Below, one piece after another: positions 19,812 through 29,689 of a DNA stretch of 50,676 bases. This DNA comes from Candidatus Moraniibacteriota bacterium (GTDB lineage: Bacteria > Patescibacteriota > Minisyncoccia > CAIUEV01 > JAHKAQ01): positions 1 through 50,676 of the forward strand of contig WJJL01000008.1 of assembly GCA_014729725.1 (NCBI GenBank). The letters are read 5' to 3'. The first letter of the stretch is position 1. Every line of letters starts with the position of its first letter. The position numbers were made by a program, and so were the translations under genes. A model generated the notes under the pieces. The model was not told the origin of the DNA and did not search any database. It saw only the letters and a program-made list of their open reading frames with translations.

Positions 19812-21638
19812 ATGAAATTTCTTAAAAAATTTAAAAATAAGATTAAAAAAAGAAAAAAAAGCTTGATAGTGATATCGGTTTTTTTATTATTTGCTATAGG
19901 TTTATTTTCTATTTTTATTTACAATTTTGTTTCCTATCAACAAAAAGTTTATCCCAATGTTTATAGTTTGGGTAAAAACTTCGGTTCTCTTGACAAGAAT
20001 CAGTTACAGGCTGATTTAGAGGATAGAATTCAATTTTTTGAAGATAAAAAGATCAAACTGATAAAAGACAATCAAATAATTGAATCGTCTTTAAATGAAA
20101 TGGGAATTGAAATTGACAAAAAAACAATTCAAAAAGAAGCTTTAAGTTTTGGTAAAAACAAAAATGTTGTTTTAAGCGCTTTTGTTTTTTTGGAAAATCT
20201 TTTTTTGCCAAATAAAGTGCCCACCTATTTTATTGTTGATGACAAGAAATTAAACAATTTTATTTCCAAAAACTTGGAAGATCCGCAGGAGGCTCCTCAA
20301 TCAGCCGAAGTTATATATAAGAAAGGTTCTTTTGTTTCCACCTCGGACAAGAAAGGCTTAGGAATTGACTCCTCCATATTTGCCGCCAGGATTTTTGAAT
20401 ATATCAATAATCCTGCTTTGGAGAAAGTTGAAGTTCCCGATAAAATAATGAAAGAGCCTCAAATTACTAAAGAAGAAGCCAATATTGCCAGAGACAAAGC
20501 CAATAAATTGATTGCCATTAACCCTAAACTAACCGCCGGGAATAAGGAATGGTTTATTGATAAAGAGGTGATTTCCAATTTTATCGATTTTAAAAAAGAA
20601 TTTAACATTCATTATCAAAAACCAAAATTCGGTGAATTTAATAAAAGAAACGATGTATTCTCTTACAATTATTATTTATTGTCTGGACTTACTATTTCCG
20701 ATTATTTTAACGGGTATCAACTAAAACTGGACTTAAGCCCAGAAAGAATAAGAGATTATTTAATGGTTGTGGCCCCGGGTATTGAACAAAAACCGGTAAA
20801 TGCGGTATTGGGCTTTGAAAATGATCAAATAGTTATTAAACAAGAAAGTCAGGATAAAGTCAGCTTGAATGTTGATCAAAGTGTTGGATTAATCCAAAAA
20901 GGAATATTGGAAAAAAAAGATCAAATAGATTTGGAAATTATTAGAGAAAATGCCCCGATCGCTAAAGGTAATTTAAAAGAAATCGGCATTGAAACTTTAA
21001 TTGGAAGAGGGGAGTCTAATTTCAGAGGATCGCCTAAAAACAGAAAACATAATATTGCGGTGGGAGCCTCTAAGTTTAACGGGATAATTATCGCCCCCAA
21101 TGAAGAATTTTCCTTTCTGGATAATCTGGGAGCGGTTGATGCTTCAACCGGTTATTTGCCGGAATTAGTTATAAAAAAAGATAAAACTGTTCCCGAATAT
21201 GGCGGAGGTATGTGTCAGGTTTCCACTACTTGTTTTCGCGGAGCTGTTGATGCCGGTTTTGAAATTACGGAACGCAGAAACCATGCTTATCCGGTTCATT
21301 ATTACAGTCCCCAAGGCACTGATGCTACGGTTTATATCCCCAGTCCTGATTTAAAGTTTACAAACAACACCCCATCCAATGTTTATCTCCAGACCAAAAT
21401 TCAAGGCAATGAGTTGATATTTGAATATTACGGGACAGATGACGGAAGAAGGGTGGAGACTATCGGTCCGGTGGTTTATCAAAGAGGAGCTGGAGGAGCA
21501 ATGAAAACGAAATGGACTCAGCAGGTTTATAAAAGCGACGGTAGTTTGTTATTGGAAGAGACCTTTTTAAGTAAATATGATTCTCCCAGCAAATATCCTC
21601 ATCCAGGGGAGGAACCCAAGGAGGAAGATGATGACTAA
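19812..21638 (+). CDS. VanW-family protein with N-terminal TM and putative peptidoglycan-binding domains
   Basis: NRKHNI..G....NG.IIAPNEEFSF, YGGGMCQVSTT.F, ERRNH, GTDATV, DLKFTN. Confidence 0.88.
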   Translation: MKFLKKFKNKIKKRKKSLIVISVFLLFAIGLFSIFIYNFVSYQQKVYPNVYSLGKNFGSLDKNQLQADLEDRIQFFEDKKIKLIKDNQIIESSLNEMGIEIDKKTIQKEALSFGKNKNVVLSAFVFLENLFLPNKVPTYFIVDDKKLNNFISKNLEDPQEAPQSAEVIYKKGSFVSTSDKKGLGIDSSIFAARIFEYINNPALEKVEVPDKIMKEPQITKEEANIARDKANKLIAINPKLTAGNKEWFIDKEVISNFIDFKKEFNIHYQKPKFGEFNKRNDVFSYNYYLLSGLTISDYFNGYQLKLDLSPERIRDYLMVVAPGIEQKPVNAVLGFENDQIVIKQESQDKVSLNVDQSVGLIQKGILEKKDQIDLEIIRENAPIAKGNLKEIGIETLIGRGESNFRGSPKNRKHNIAVGASKFNGIIIAPNEEFSFLDNLGAVDASTGYLPELVIKKDKTVPEYGGGMCQVSTTCFRGAVDAGFEITERRNHAYPVHYYSPQGTDATVYIPSPDLKFTNNTPSNVYLQTKIQGNELIFEYYGTDDGRRVETIGPVVYQRGAGGAMKTKWTQQVYKSDGSLLLEETFLSKYDSPSKYPHPGEEPKEEDDD

Positions 21639-21859
21639 TTTTTAGTCAGAGGCTCTTTTATGTTTTTCATTAGCTAAAAATTTTATGTATTTATCACCTG
21701 GACGCTTATTTTAAAAACAAAACATACAATCGGGACTGCTTATCATTTGCTTAATTTTATTTTTCAATAAAAGGTCTGAGGCTAAAATTTTTAGCAAATA
21801 CCTTAATTTTATAAATTAGCTGTCGTCAAATAAAGCGGCAGCTCCATAAAAGCAAAAAA

Positions 21860-23665
21860 ATGAAAAAAATAAATAAAACAATACACAAACATGCCAACAA
21901 AATCGCTTTTTTCTTTTTGGGTTTTATGTTTTTGGTAATGGTGGGAAGCATGTATAACGATACAGCTATTCGGGATGAAATGCCTCATATTGTGGCCGGT
22001 TATTCTTATTTAACTCAATTTGATTACCGTCTTAATCCGGAGCACCCTCCTTTGGTCAAACAGTTATCAGCTTTCCCTTTGCTTTTTATGGATATAAATT
22101 TTCCCGATCAGGATCCAGCTTGGAAAAACGAGGTAAACGATCAATGGGAGTTAGGAAACACCTTTTTATACAAATCCGGAAATGATGCGGATAAAATGAT
22201 TTTTTGGGGCAGAATTCCGATTGTTATATTGACTCTACTTGCGGCTTGGATAATTTTTCTTTGGACTGCCAGGATTTTTTCCAGTAAAATCGCCGGCTTG
22301 CTTAGTATGGCGCTTTTTGTTTTTTCTCCCAATATTATCGCTCATGGAAGATTTATAACAACCGATATGGGAGTGGCGGCTTTCTCGGTTTTTGCTTTGT
22401 ATTCTTGGTGGAGTTTTTTAAAAAATCCAAACAAAAAGAATTTTATTATCGCGGCTCTTTTGCAGGCGGCACTGCATTTGGCGAAGTTTTCCAGTCCTTT
22501 ATTTATGCCGGTTTTATTATTAATGACTATATTTTCCATAATATTTGATAAAAAAGACTGGAATTTGAAAAAGAGGATAAAGATTTTTTTAGGAGGCTTT
22601 GTTTTTGCTACTTTGATAGCGGGATTGATAATTGGAGCCTGGTATCAAATTTTTATGTTTAAAATGCCACTGGAAGTTCAGCAAGATCTTATCCAAGCCT
22701 CCATTGCAGATGACCATTTCAATAATGCCGGTCTTGCCACAAAACTGACCGAGTTAAGCCGGATTTCGTTTTTAAGACCTTTTGTTCAATACATGCTTGG
22801 TTTTTTTATGGTGGCTGCTCACGCTTCTTATGGTCATACCACTTATTTTTTAGGGGAAGTGGGCCAGAATTGGCCTCATTATTATTTTGTGGCTTATTTG
22901 TTAAAAGAGCCCATTGCCTCTCAGATTATTTTATATTTGGCAATTATTTTAAGTATTGCATCTATTGTGAAGTTTCTTAAACTTAATAAGAATAATTCCA
23001 AGAGAAAAGGTTTAATTCTGGAATTTTTGAAAAAATATAACATTTTGGTTGCCTTTGCCTGTTTAATTGGAGGGTTTTTCTTCATTGGTATGAGAGCCAA
23101 GCTACAGCTGGGGATAAGATATATCGTCCCGATTTTTCCTTATTTGTACATTTTAATTTCCGCAATTACGGTACTTGGAGTTAAGTATCTTTTTAAAGAA
23201 CAGCTTAAACAAAAGACTAAAAAGTTTTTTATAGTTGCTTTTTTTGTCTTTTTATTTTTTTGGTTGTTTGTTATCAACATCCTTACTTTCCCTGCTTACT
23301 TGGCTTATTTTAACGAATATATCGGAGGCTCTGCCCAGGGATGGAGATATATGATTGATTCGAATTTGGACTGGGGTCAAGACTTAAAAAGACTTAAATT
23401 TTTTATGAAAGAAAACAATATAAAAAGCATAAAAGTAGATTATTTCGGCGGTGGAGATTTGGATTATTATTTGGGTAAAGATAATTATACGCTTTGGGGT
23501 TATGATAAAGGTCCCACTAAAGGATGGATCGCGATTTCGGTTAACGCTATTCAATGGAACAGCGCCAACAAAGGAGATAAAATGAGTTATCATTGGTTAA
23601 CCGATAACTATGAACCGGTAAAAAAAATCGGCAATTCTATCTTTGTTTATCATATCAAGGAATAA
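21860..23665 (+). CDS. GT-C (GT39/ArnT/PMT-like) lipid-carrier-dependent glycosyltransferase
   Basis: DE..HI.AGYSY, NPEHPPLVK, PNIIAHG.FITTD, AKFS, G.RY..P, DSNLDWGQDL; multiple TM helices. Confidence 0.85.
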   Translation: MKKINKTIHKHANKIAFFFLGFMFLVMVGSMYNDTAIRDEMPHIVAGYSYLTQFDYRLNPEHPPLVKQLSAFPLLFMDINFPDQDPAWKNEVNDQWELGNTFLYKSGNDADKMIFWGRIPIVILTLLAAWIIFLWTARIFSSKIAGLLSMALFVFSPNIIAHGRFITTDMGVAAFSVFALYSWWSFLKNPNKKNFIIAALLQAALHLAKFSSPLFMPVLLLMTIFSIIFDKKDWNLKKRIKIFLGGFVFATLIAGLIIGAWYQIFMFKMPLEVQQDLIQASIADDHFNNAGLATKLTELSRISFLRPFVQYMLGFFMVAAHASYGHTTYFLGEVGQNWPHYYFVAYLLKEPIASQIILYLAIILSIASIVKFLKLNKNNSKRKGLILEFLKKYNILVAFACLIGGFFFIGMRAKLQLGIRYIVPIFPYLYILISAITVLGVKYLFKEQLKQKTKKFFIVAFFVFLFFWLFVINILTFPAYLAYFNEYIGGSAQGWRYMIDSNLDWGQDLKRLKFFMKENNIKSIKVDYFGGGDLDYYLGKDNYTLWGYDKGPTKGWIAISVNAIQWNSANKGDKMSYHWLTDNYEPVKKIGNSIFVYHIKE

Positions 23666-23722
23666 AGGGGGCTTAAAGAAAAAAACAACTATGGACAGCT
23701 TTTTTTCCTAAGTGCGTAAGTG

Positions 23723-24919
23723 CTAGTATTTTTTATCCAACATCTCTTTTGTTTTAATTTTAGTTTCTCTGTCAATTTCAAGGATATCTTCAAGTCCAGG
23801 GGATTTAATAAGTTTATGTTTTTCCATCATTTTTCTGATAGTTTGAGATATATCCGGGTATTTTATTTTGTTTTTTAAAAAATAATCCACCGCAATTTCA
23901 TTGGTCGCGTTAATTACAGCCGGCAGAGAACCACCGATCATTCCGGCTTCATAAGCGTATTTTAAGCAGGGAAATTTATTTAAATCCGGCTTTTCAAAAG
24001 TCATTTTATTTAATTTTTTCCAAGGCATTTTTTTAATAGTGGGGTTTTTTAATCTTTCGGGATAAGTAAGGGCCAGCTGAATAGGGATTTTCATAGAAGG
24101 TTCGCTGATCTGAGCTTTTAGGGAGCCGTCTTTTAGCTCTACAAAGGAATGAATTAGACTTTGGCTGTGAACTAGCACCTCTATTTTTTTATAGTCAATA
24201 TCAAACAAGTGATGAGCTTCAATTACCTCCAGACCTTTATTCATTAAAGTTGAAGAATCAATGGATATTTTCCCTCCCATACTCCAAGTGGGGTGGTTTA
24301 AAGCTTCTTTAGCAGTTATGTTTTTTAGTTTTATGGCCGGAGTATCTTTGAATGGACCACCGCTGCAGGTTAGAATTATTTTTTCCAGATTTTCCTTTTT
24401 TTCTCCCATTAAACATTGAAAAATAGCTGAATGTTCAGAATCTACGGGAATAATTTGAGATTGGCTTTTTTTAAGATTTTTCTTAATTATTTCTCCGGCA
24501 CTGACAAGAGTTTCTTTGTTGGCAAGACCTATTCTTTTCCCGGCTTTCCCGGCTTCCAATGTAGGTTTTATTCCGATGGATCCTACAACCGAAGTAATAA
24601 CAATATTGGCCTCTTCCATTTTTGCCAGATCACAAAGGGCTTCCAGGCCATAATTAACCTTTATATTTTTATAACCCTGACCAAGCAGTTTTAATCTTTG
24701 TTTAACTTTCATTGTGGCGCTTTTTTCCATCATAGCCACTGATTGAGGTTTGAATTCCTGAATTTGTTTTAAAATTTGGGGAAAATTGGTATTAGCGCTT
24801 AAACCTATTACTTTGAAAAGATTTGGAAATTCTCTTACTATTTCCAGAGTCTGTTTTCCGATAGAGCCGGTTGAACCCAGAATAACGATTTTTTTTTGGT
24901 CAGATGATAAATGTTCCAT
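23723..24919 (-). CDS. dxr: 1-deoxy-D-xylulose-5-phosphate reductoisomerase
   Basis: LGSTGSIG, ANKE, PVDSEHSAIFQ, HPTWSMGGKISIDSSTLMNKGLEVIEA. Confidence 0.96.
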   Translation of the reverse strand: MEHLSSDQKKIVILGSTGSIGKQTLEIVREFPNLFKVIGLSANTNFPQILKQIQEFKPQSVAMMEKSATMKVKQRLKLLGQGYKNIKVNYGLEALCDLAKMEEANIVITSVVGSIGIKPTLEAGKAGKRIGLANKETLVSAGEIIKKNLKKSQSQIIPVDSEHSAIFQCLMGEKKENLEKIILTCSGGPFKDTPAIKLKNITAKEALNHPTWSMGGKISIDSSTLMNKGLEVIEAHHLFDIDYKKIEVLVHSQSLIHSFVELKDGSLKAQISEPSMKIPIQLALTYPERLKNPTIKKMPWKKLNKMTFEKPDLNKFPCLKYAYEAGMIGGSLPAVINATNEIAVDYFLKNKIKYPDISQTIRKMMEKHKLIKSPGLEDILEIDRETKIKTKEMLDKKY

Positions 24920-24990
24920 TTTTGATTAAATAAAATATTAGAGTTTTATTTAAAAATTTTTATTTGGGAGATTTTTTTATAGCTGTCTTT

Positions 24991-26550
24991 TTACAAATAA
25001 CAAATCGTGGCAGGAGGTTTATTGGATTCGTCAAATAGCACTCTGCCGGTTTTTTTTACTTCATTTAAAATTCTGGAGCTTATCTTTTGTTTTAGATCAA
25101 AACTTAAATCATAAGGTGTGGCGGTCATAAAATCTTTAGTTATTATATTTCTTATAAAAATTAAATAGCCTTTATCTTTGGCGTCTCCTTTAACGCAAGT
25201 GACTTTATGCGAATCCAGAGCCACAATGGCCTGGGATATTTTATAGTAAAGACCGGCTTTTTTGAGTTCTTCAATTGTAATGGCGTCGGCTTGTCTTAGT
25301 ATTTCCAGTTTTTCCGGAGTAATTTTCCCTAAAATTCTTATAGCCAGACCTGGCCCCGGAAAGGGCTGTCTTTGTACAATTTCTTTAGGAAGACCAAGTG
25401 ATTGACCGATTTTTCTTACTTCATCTTTAAATAAATCTTTAAAAATCTCAATAACCCTTCCTTGATTCATCAGCTCCACCACTTCCTTGGCGCGATTATG
25501 ATGAGTTTTTATGGTGTGAGAATGCTGACAAGAATCTACAGTGGAGGATTCTATAACATCAGGATACAAAGTTCCTTGAGATAAAAAATCATTTTTTCCA
25601 ATCATTTTTTTAAAGATTTTTATGTACTCTTTGCCGATTAGTTTCCTTCTTTTTTCCCCGCTTTCAACATCTTTCAAGATCCTTAAAAAATTTTCTGAAG
25701 CGTTTATCACAGTCACTTTTGTTTTAAGATGTTTTTTAAAGCGTTTTTTTATATTCCTGACTTCGTTTTTTCTCATTAAACCGGTATCGATCAAAACACA
25801 TTTTAGTTTATCGCCAACGGCCAGTCTAAGGATTTCAGCCATGACAGTGGAATCAACTCCTCCGGAAATCGCATGAATAACCTTTTTGTTTTTGGCGATT
25901 TGGCGGGTTTCTTTAATAAGGTTTTCAATAATCATTTGAGGCTCCCACTTTTTTTTGGCTTTGCAAATTTTTTCGGCAAAATTCAATAGGATTTTTTTAC
26001 CATTTTGAGTATGGGAAACTTCCGGATGGAACTGTACAGCATAAATCTTTTTTTTATCGTTAGCCAATACCGCCAATGGGGAGTGTTCGGTTTTGGCAAG
26101 CACTGTAAAATCCTTGGGCGCTTTAGCCACCTCGTCTCCATGGCTCATCCATACATTTTTTTTTGTTTTTTTAAAGAAACCCTGGGTTAAAGTATGATCT
26201 TTAATTTTAATTAATTCGGCTTTACCATATTCTTTTCGATTTTTGCCTTTTACCACTTTGCCTTTAAAATATTCGGTGATTAATTGCAAGCCATAACAAA
26301 TCCCTAAAATAGGGATGCCCAGTTCAAAAATAAATTCAGGGGCCCGGGGGGCTTTTGGATCGCTAAGGCTTTCCGGACCGCCGGATAAAATTATTCCTTT
26401 GGGATTTGTAGATTTAATTTTTTTAATTGAAACAGAGGAAGGCAAAATTTTAACGAAAATACCCGCATTCCTTATTCTTCTTGCAATTAGTTGAGTGGTT
26501 TGGGAGCCAAAGTCAAGAATAATTATTTTATCCAAGTCTTTTGTCTTCAT
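24991..26550 (-). CDS. guaA: GMP synthase (glutamine-hydrolysing)
   Basis: LDFGSQ, ILSGGP, GICYGLQ, QFHPE, SGGVDS, QGTLYPDVIES, IKTHHN, PFPGPGLAIR, KPPATI. Confidence 0.93.
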   Translation of the reverse strand: MKTKDLDKIIILDFGSQTTQLIARRIRNAGIFVKILPSSVSIKKIKSTNPKGIILSGGPESLSDPKAPRAPEFIFELGIPILGICYGLQLITEYFKGKVVKGKNRKEYGKAELIKIKDHTLTQGFFKKTKKNVWMSHGDEVAKAPKDFTVLAKTEHSPLAVLANDKKKIYAVQFHPEVSHTQNGKKILLNFAEKICKAKKKWEPQMIIENLIKETRQIAKNKKVIHAISGGVDSTVMAEILRLAVGDKLKCVLIDTGLMRKNEVRNIKKRFKKHLKTKVTVINASENFLRILKDVESGEKRRKLIGKEYIKIFKKMIGKNDFLSQGTLYPDVIESSTVDSCQHSHTIKTHHNRAKEVVELMNQGRVIEIFKDLFKDEVRKIGQSLGLPKEIVQRQPFPGPGLAIRILGKITPEKLEILRQADAITIEELKKAGLYYKISQAIVALDSHKVTCVKGDAKDKGYLIFIRNIITKDFMTATPYDLSFDLKQKISSRILNEVKKTGRVLFDESNKPPATICYL

Positions 26551-27809
26551 TCTTTCATTTTTTTTCTAATAAAGGCCGGAATCTCTAATTCCTCCTCGTC
26601 GTTTTCGCTGGAAGAAGAGTTTTGATTGTTGGAATCATTTTCAGATATTGAAAGATTGTCTTTGTCAGAGGCTGGCGATAAATCATTAAAACTCGTTCCT
26701 TGCTGACCTTGAGTTCTTAATCCGGTATCAATGTCTCCGTAGGGAAATTGTCCCGGCGGGTTAGGTAAAGAATCCTCCTGTGGTTTTTGTTGAGAAGGAG
26801 GCTTCTTTTCTTGCTTTTCTTGAGTTTTTTGATTTTCTTCCATATCTGATTCGAAACCGGTGGCAATAACAGTGACTTTTAATTCTCCTTTTTTAGCGCT
26901 TTCGCTGTTTTCATCAGATACTGCGCCAAATATTACTTTAGCGTTAGAGTCAATATGTTCAGTGATAGTATTGGCCACTTCATGAATTTCTAGCATTCCC
27001 ATTTCAGGATCTCCTCCAACATTAAATAGAACGCCTTTAGCTCCGTCGATGGACAAATCTAGCAAAGGAGAATTTATAGCTTGCCTGGCTGCTTCTTGAG
27101 CTCTATTTTCTCCACTGGCTTTGCCAATTCCCATTAAAGCGGAGCCGGCATCTTTCATAATCGCTTTCACATCGGCAAAGTCGACATTTACAAGGCCGGG
27201 AATAGTAATTAAGTCGGAAATACCCTGCACACCTTGTCTTAAAACATCATCCACAATTCCGAAAGCGTTTAAAAGACTGGTTTTTTTATCTATTACTTGA
27301 AGAAGTTTATCGTTGGGAATAGTGATTAAAGTGTCAACCCTATCTTTGAGGTTATCCAAGCCTTCTTCAGCTAAAAGAGCTCGTTGAGATCCTTCAAAAG
27401 AAAAAGGTTTAGTGACAACAGCAACGGTAAGAGCTCCGGATTCTTTGGCGACTTCAGCTACCACTGAAGAGGCTCCGGTGCCGGTTCCTCCTCCCATTCC
27501 GCAAGTTACGAATATCATATCCGCTTCTTTTAGAACTTCTTGGATTTCATCCCGGTTTTCTTCGGCCGCTTGTCTTCCAATTTCCGGATTCATTCCAGCC
27601 CCTAGGCCTTTAGTGAGATTTTTTCCAATGTGAATTTTTTCCGGAGCTTTATTATGATGAAGATCTTGAGCATCGGTATTTACGGCAACAAAGTCCACTC
27701 CACTCATTTTTGTTTCCATCATTCTATCAATTACATGACCGCCGCTTCCGCCAACCCCAACCACTAATATTCTTGCAATAGTTTCAATGTTTGGTTTTAT
27801 TTCTGCCAT
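26547..27809 (-). CDS. ftsZ: Cell division protein FtsZ
   Basis: GVGGSG, NTDAQDL, GMGGGTGTG, NVDFAD, C-terminal LEIPAFIRK. Confidence 0.98.
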   Translation of the reverse strand: MAEIKPNIETIARILVVGVGGSGGHVIDRMMETKMSGVDFVAVNTDAQDLHHNKAPEKIHIGKNLTKGLGAGMNPEIGRQAAEENRDEIQEVLKEADMIFVTCGMGGGTGTGASSVVAEVAKESGALTVAVVTKPFSFEGSQRALLAEEGLDNLKDRVDTLITIPNDKLLQVIDKKTSLLNAFGIVDDVLRQGVQGISDLITIPGLVNVDFADVKAIMKDAGSALMGIGKASGENRAQEAARQAINSPLLDLSIDGAKGVLFNVGGDPEMGMLEIHEVANTITEHIDSNAKVIFGAVSDENSESAKKGELKVTVIATGFESDMEENQKTQEKQEKKPPSQQKPQEDSLPNPPGQFPYGDIDTGLRTQGQQGTSFNDLSPASDKDNLSISENDSNNQNSSSSENDEEELEIPAFIRKKMKE

Positions 27810-28086
27810 TTAATTTTATAAATTACAATATTATAATATAACTAACTTTTCAAAAATTTAAATCAAATATATTTATATTTTGATTATTTAATTTAAAGTA
27901 TAGCATATTATTTTTCTAAATCTAGAGTTTTTTAAAATTAGCTTGTCGCTTCTTTTAATTTTGGAAAATGATTTATTTAAATAAATAATATAGAAAAAAG
28001 AATTAAACTTAAAAAAACCTTCTGTTTTTTGAAGGCTATCAAACCAATTTGCTACTGTCAACAAGACTGAGTAAGACTTTTAAGTT

Positions 28087-29349
28087 TTAGGGGAGAAATT
28101 CTTTTAACCAGTTTTTTATTTTAGAAACCGAGTCAGCCACTGATTGACTAACCTGCCCCACTCCCGGAATGGAAAGAGAAGAGCTGTGTAAAGAATTATT
28201 GCTTTCCAGCCCCCAATAAATCAATCCAACAGCTGTAATAAAGCCGGGTTCATCCACCTTGTCCACAATGCCGCCCATTTCTCTTGGAAATCCGGTTTGA
28301 GTTGGTAATTTTAGGATTTCTTTAGCCAAATCCACACAACCTCTTATTTTAGAGGAACCCCCTACAATAACTGCTCCGGCTGGCAGCATCCCATCTCTGT
28401 CGATAGTTTTTAATTCTTTGATCACATGTTCAAATATCTCCTCCATTCTGGCTTCAACAATTTCAGCGATATGTTTTCTGGAGGCCACACTTTCTTCGTT
28501 TTTATCAAATTTACTTAAGTCAACTTGTTCTTTTTTGGAAATTTCATTGGGCAGGCAAGATCCATATTTTATTTTTATTTCTTCAGCCACTTCTATTGAA
28601 GTTCTAAGCCCTATAGCAATATCGTTGGTTATATTATTACCGCCGATGGGGATGATGGCCATGTGCATTAACTCACTTTCTTCGTAAACGGCTATCCCGG
28701 TAGTTCCGCCCCCAATATTAATCAAAACCACTCCAAGTTCTCGTTGTCTTTTGGTTAAAGTGGCAATTTGAGAGGCTAAAGGCGATAAAACCAGCTCTTC
28801 CACGCTAATTCCGGCTCTATCCAAACATTTATGGATATTTTTTATATGCGGTGTGGATCCTTGAATTACAAGAGACTCTACTTCCAAACGCACTCCGTTC
28901 ATGCCGATGGGATCTTTAATGTTCTTTTGACTGTCAAGATTGTAGAATCTGGGAATAACATGAATAATCTCTTTGTTGTTGGGTAATGAGATTGCCTGAG
29001 CCGCATTGTTTACTCTGGCGATGTCGTCGGCTGTAACTTCTCCGTCAGCTCTTCCAATAGCGATCGCCCCTTTGCTTATTTGACAATTTATATCGTGGCT
29101 ACCAATGCTTACATAGGCTTTTTCTACCGGAATGCCGGCCATTCGTTCCGCCTGCTCTACAGATTCGTTGATAGAATTAGCGGTTTCTTCAATATCAACC
29201 ACCAAACCTTTTCTCATTCCAAAGGTATTAGCTTCTCCGATTCCTATAATTTGAGGTTTTTGATCTTCGGCTTCGGGTTTTTGAGCAATAATGGTTCGTA
29301 CTTTTGATGTCCCGATATCAATTCCGGTGATTGTATTTAATTTGGCCAT
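28087..29349 (-). CDS. ftsA: Cell division protein FtsA
   Basis: GIDIGTSKV, IKDPIGMNGVRLE, IGGGTT, IGGNNITNDIA, AEEIKIKYG; upstream of ftsZ. Confidence 0.96.
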   Translation of the reverse strand: MAKLNTITGIDIGTSKVRTIIAQKPEAEDQKPQIIGIGEANTFGMRKGLVVDIEETANSINESVEQAERMAGIPVEKAYVSIGSHDINCQISKGAIAIGRADGEVTADDIARVNNAAQAISLPNNKEIIHVIPRFYNLDSQKNIKDPIGMNGVRLEVESLVIQGSTPHIKNIHKCLDRAGISVEELVLSPLASQIATLTKRQRELGVVLINIGGGTTGIAVYEESELMHMAIIPIGGNNITNDIAIGLRTSIEVAEEIKIKYGSCLPNEISKKEQVDLSKFDKNEESVASRKHIAEIVEARMEEIFEHVIKELKTIDRDGMLPAGAVIVGGSSKIRGCVDLAKEILKLPTQTGFPREMGGIVDKVDEPGFITAVGLIYWGLESNNSLHSSSLSIPGVGQVSQSVADSVSKIKNWLKEFLP

Positions 29350-29615
29350 TATTTTTGTTTTTATTCTTTTAAAATTACATTTATGGCAAGCAAGTTTATT
29401 AACGGATGATTCTAATTGATTGGGATTTATCCTTTACCCCCGCCCGCCGGCAGGAGGGAATTTTTATTTCAAAAATAAAACAAACAACTAGCACTACTCA
29501 TTTATTATTTATTAATAAAGATTTTTTTTAATTTTTAAAATTTACCAAAAAAGGGAAATCGCAGTGCTTGATTTTTAGATTTCTTTATATAAAATCTTAA
29601 CATATTTCCAAGAAG

Positions 29616-29689
29616 TGGGCGACTCAGGACTTGAACCTGAGACCTCGTCATTATCAGTGACGCGCTCTAACCAGCTGAGCTAGTCGCCC
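29616..29689 (-). tRNA. tRNA-Ile(GAT)
   Basis: Minus strand GGGCGAC TAGCTCAGCTGGTTAGAGC G CGTCA-CTGATAA-TGACG AGGTC TCAGG-TTCAAGT-CCTGA GTCGCCC A. Confidence 0.96.

Noticed and set aside
21639-21845. MITE-like element between vanW and the GT-C gene (imperfect TTTTAGTCAGA/TCTGAGGCTAAAA ends; AGCTGTCGT/GCGGCAGCT hairpin)
   Set aside because: The inverted ends are short and imperfect, with no target-site duplication or second copy.
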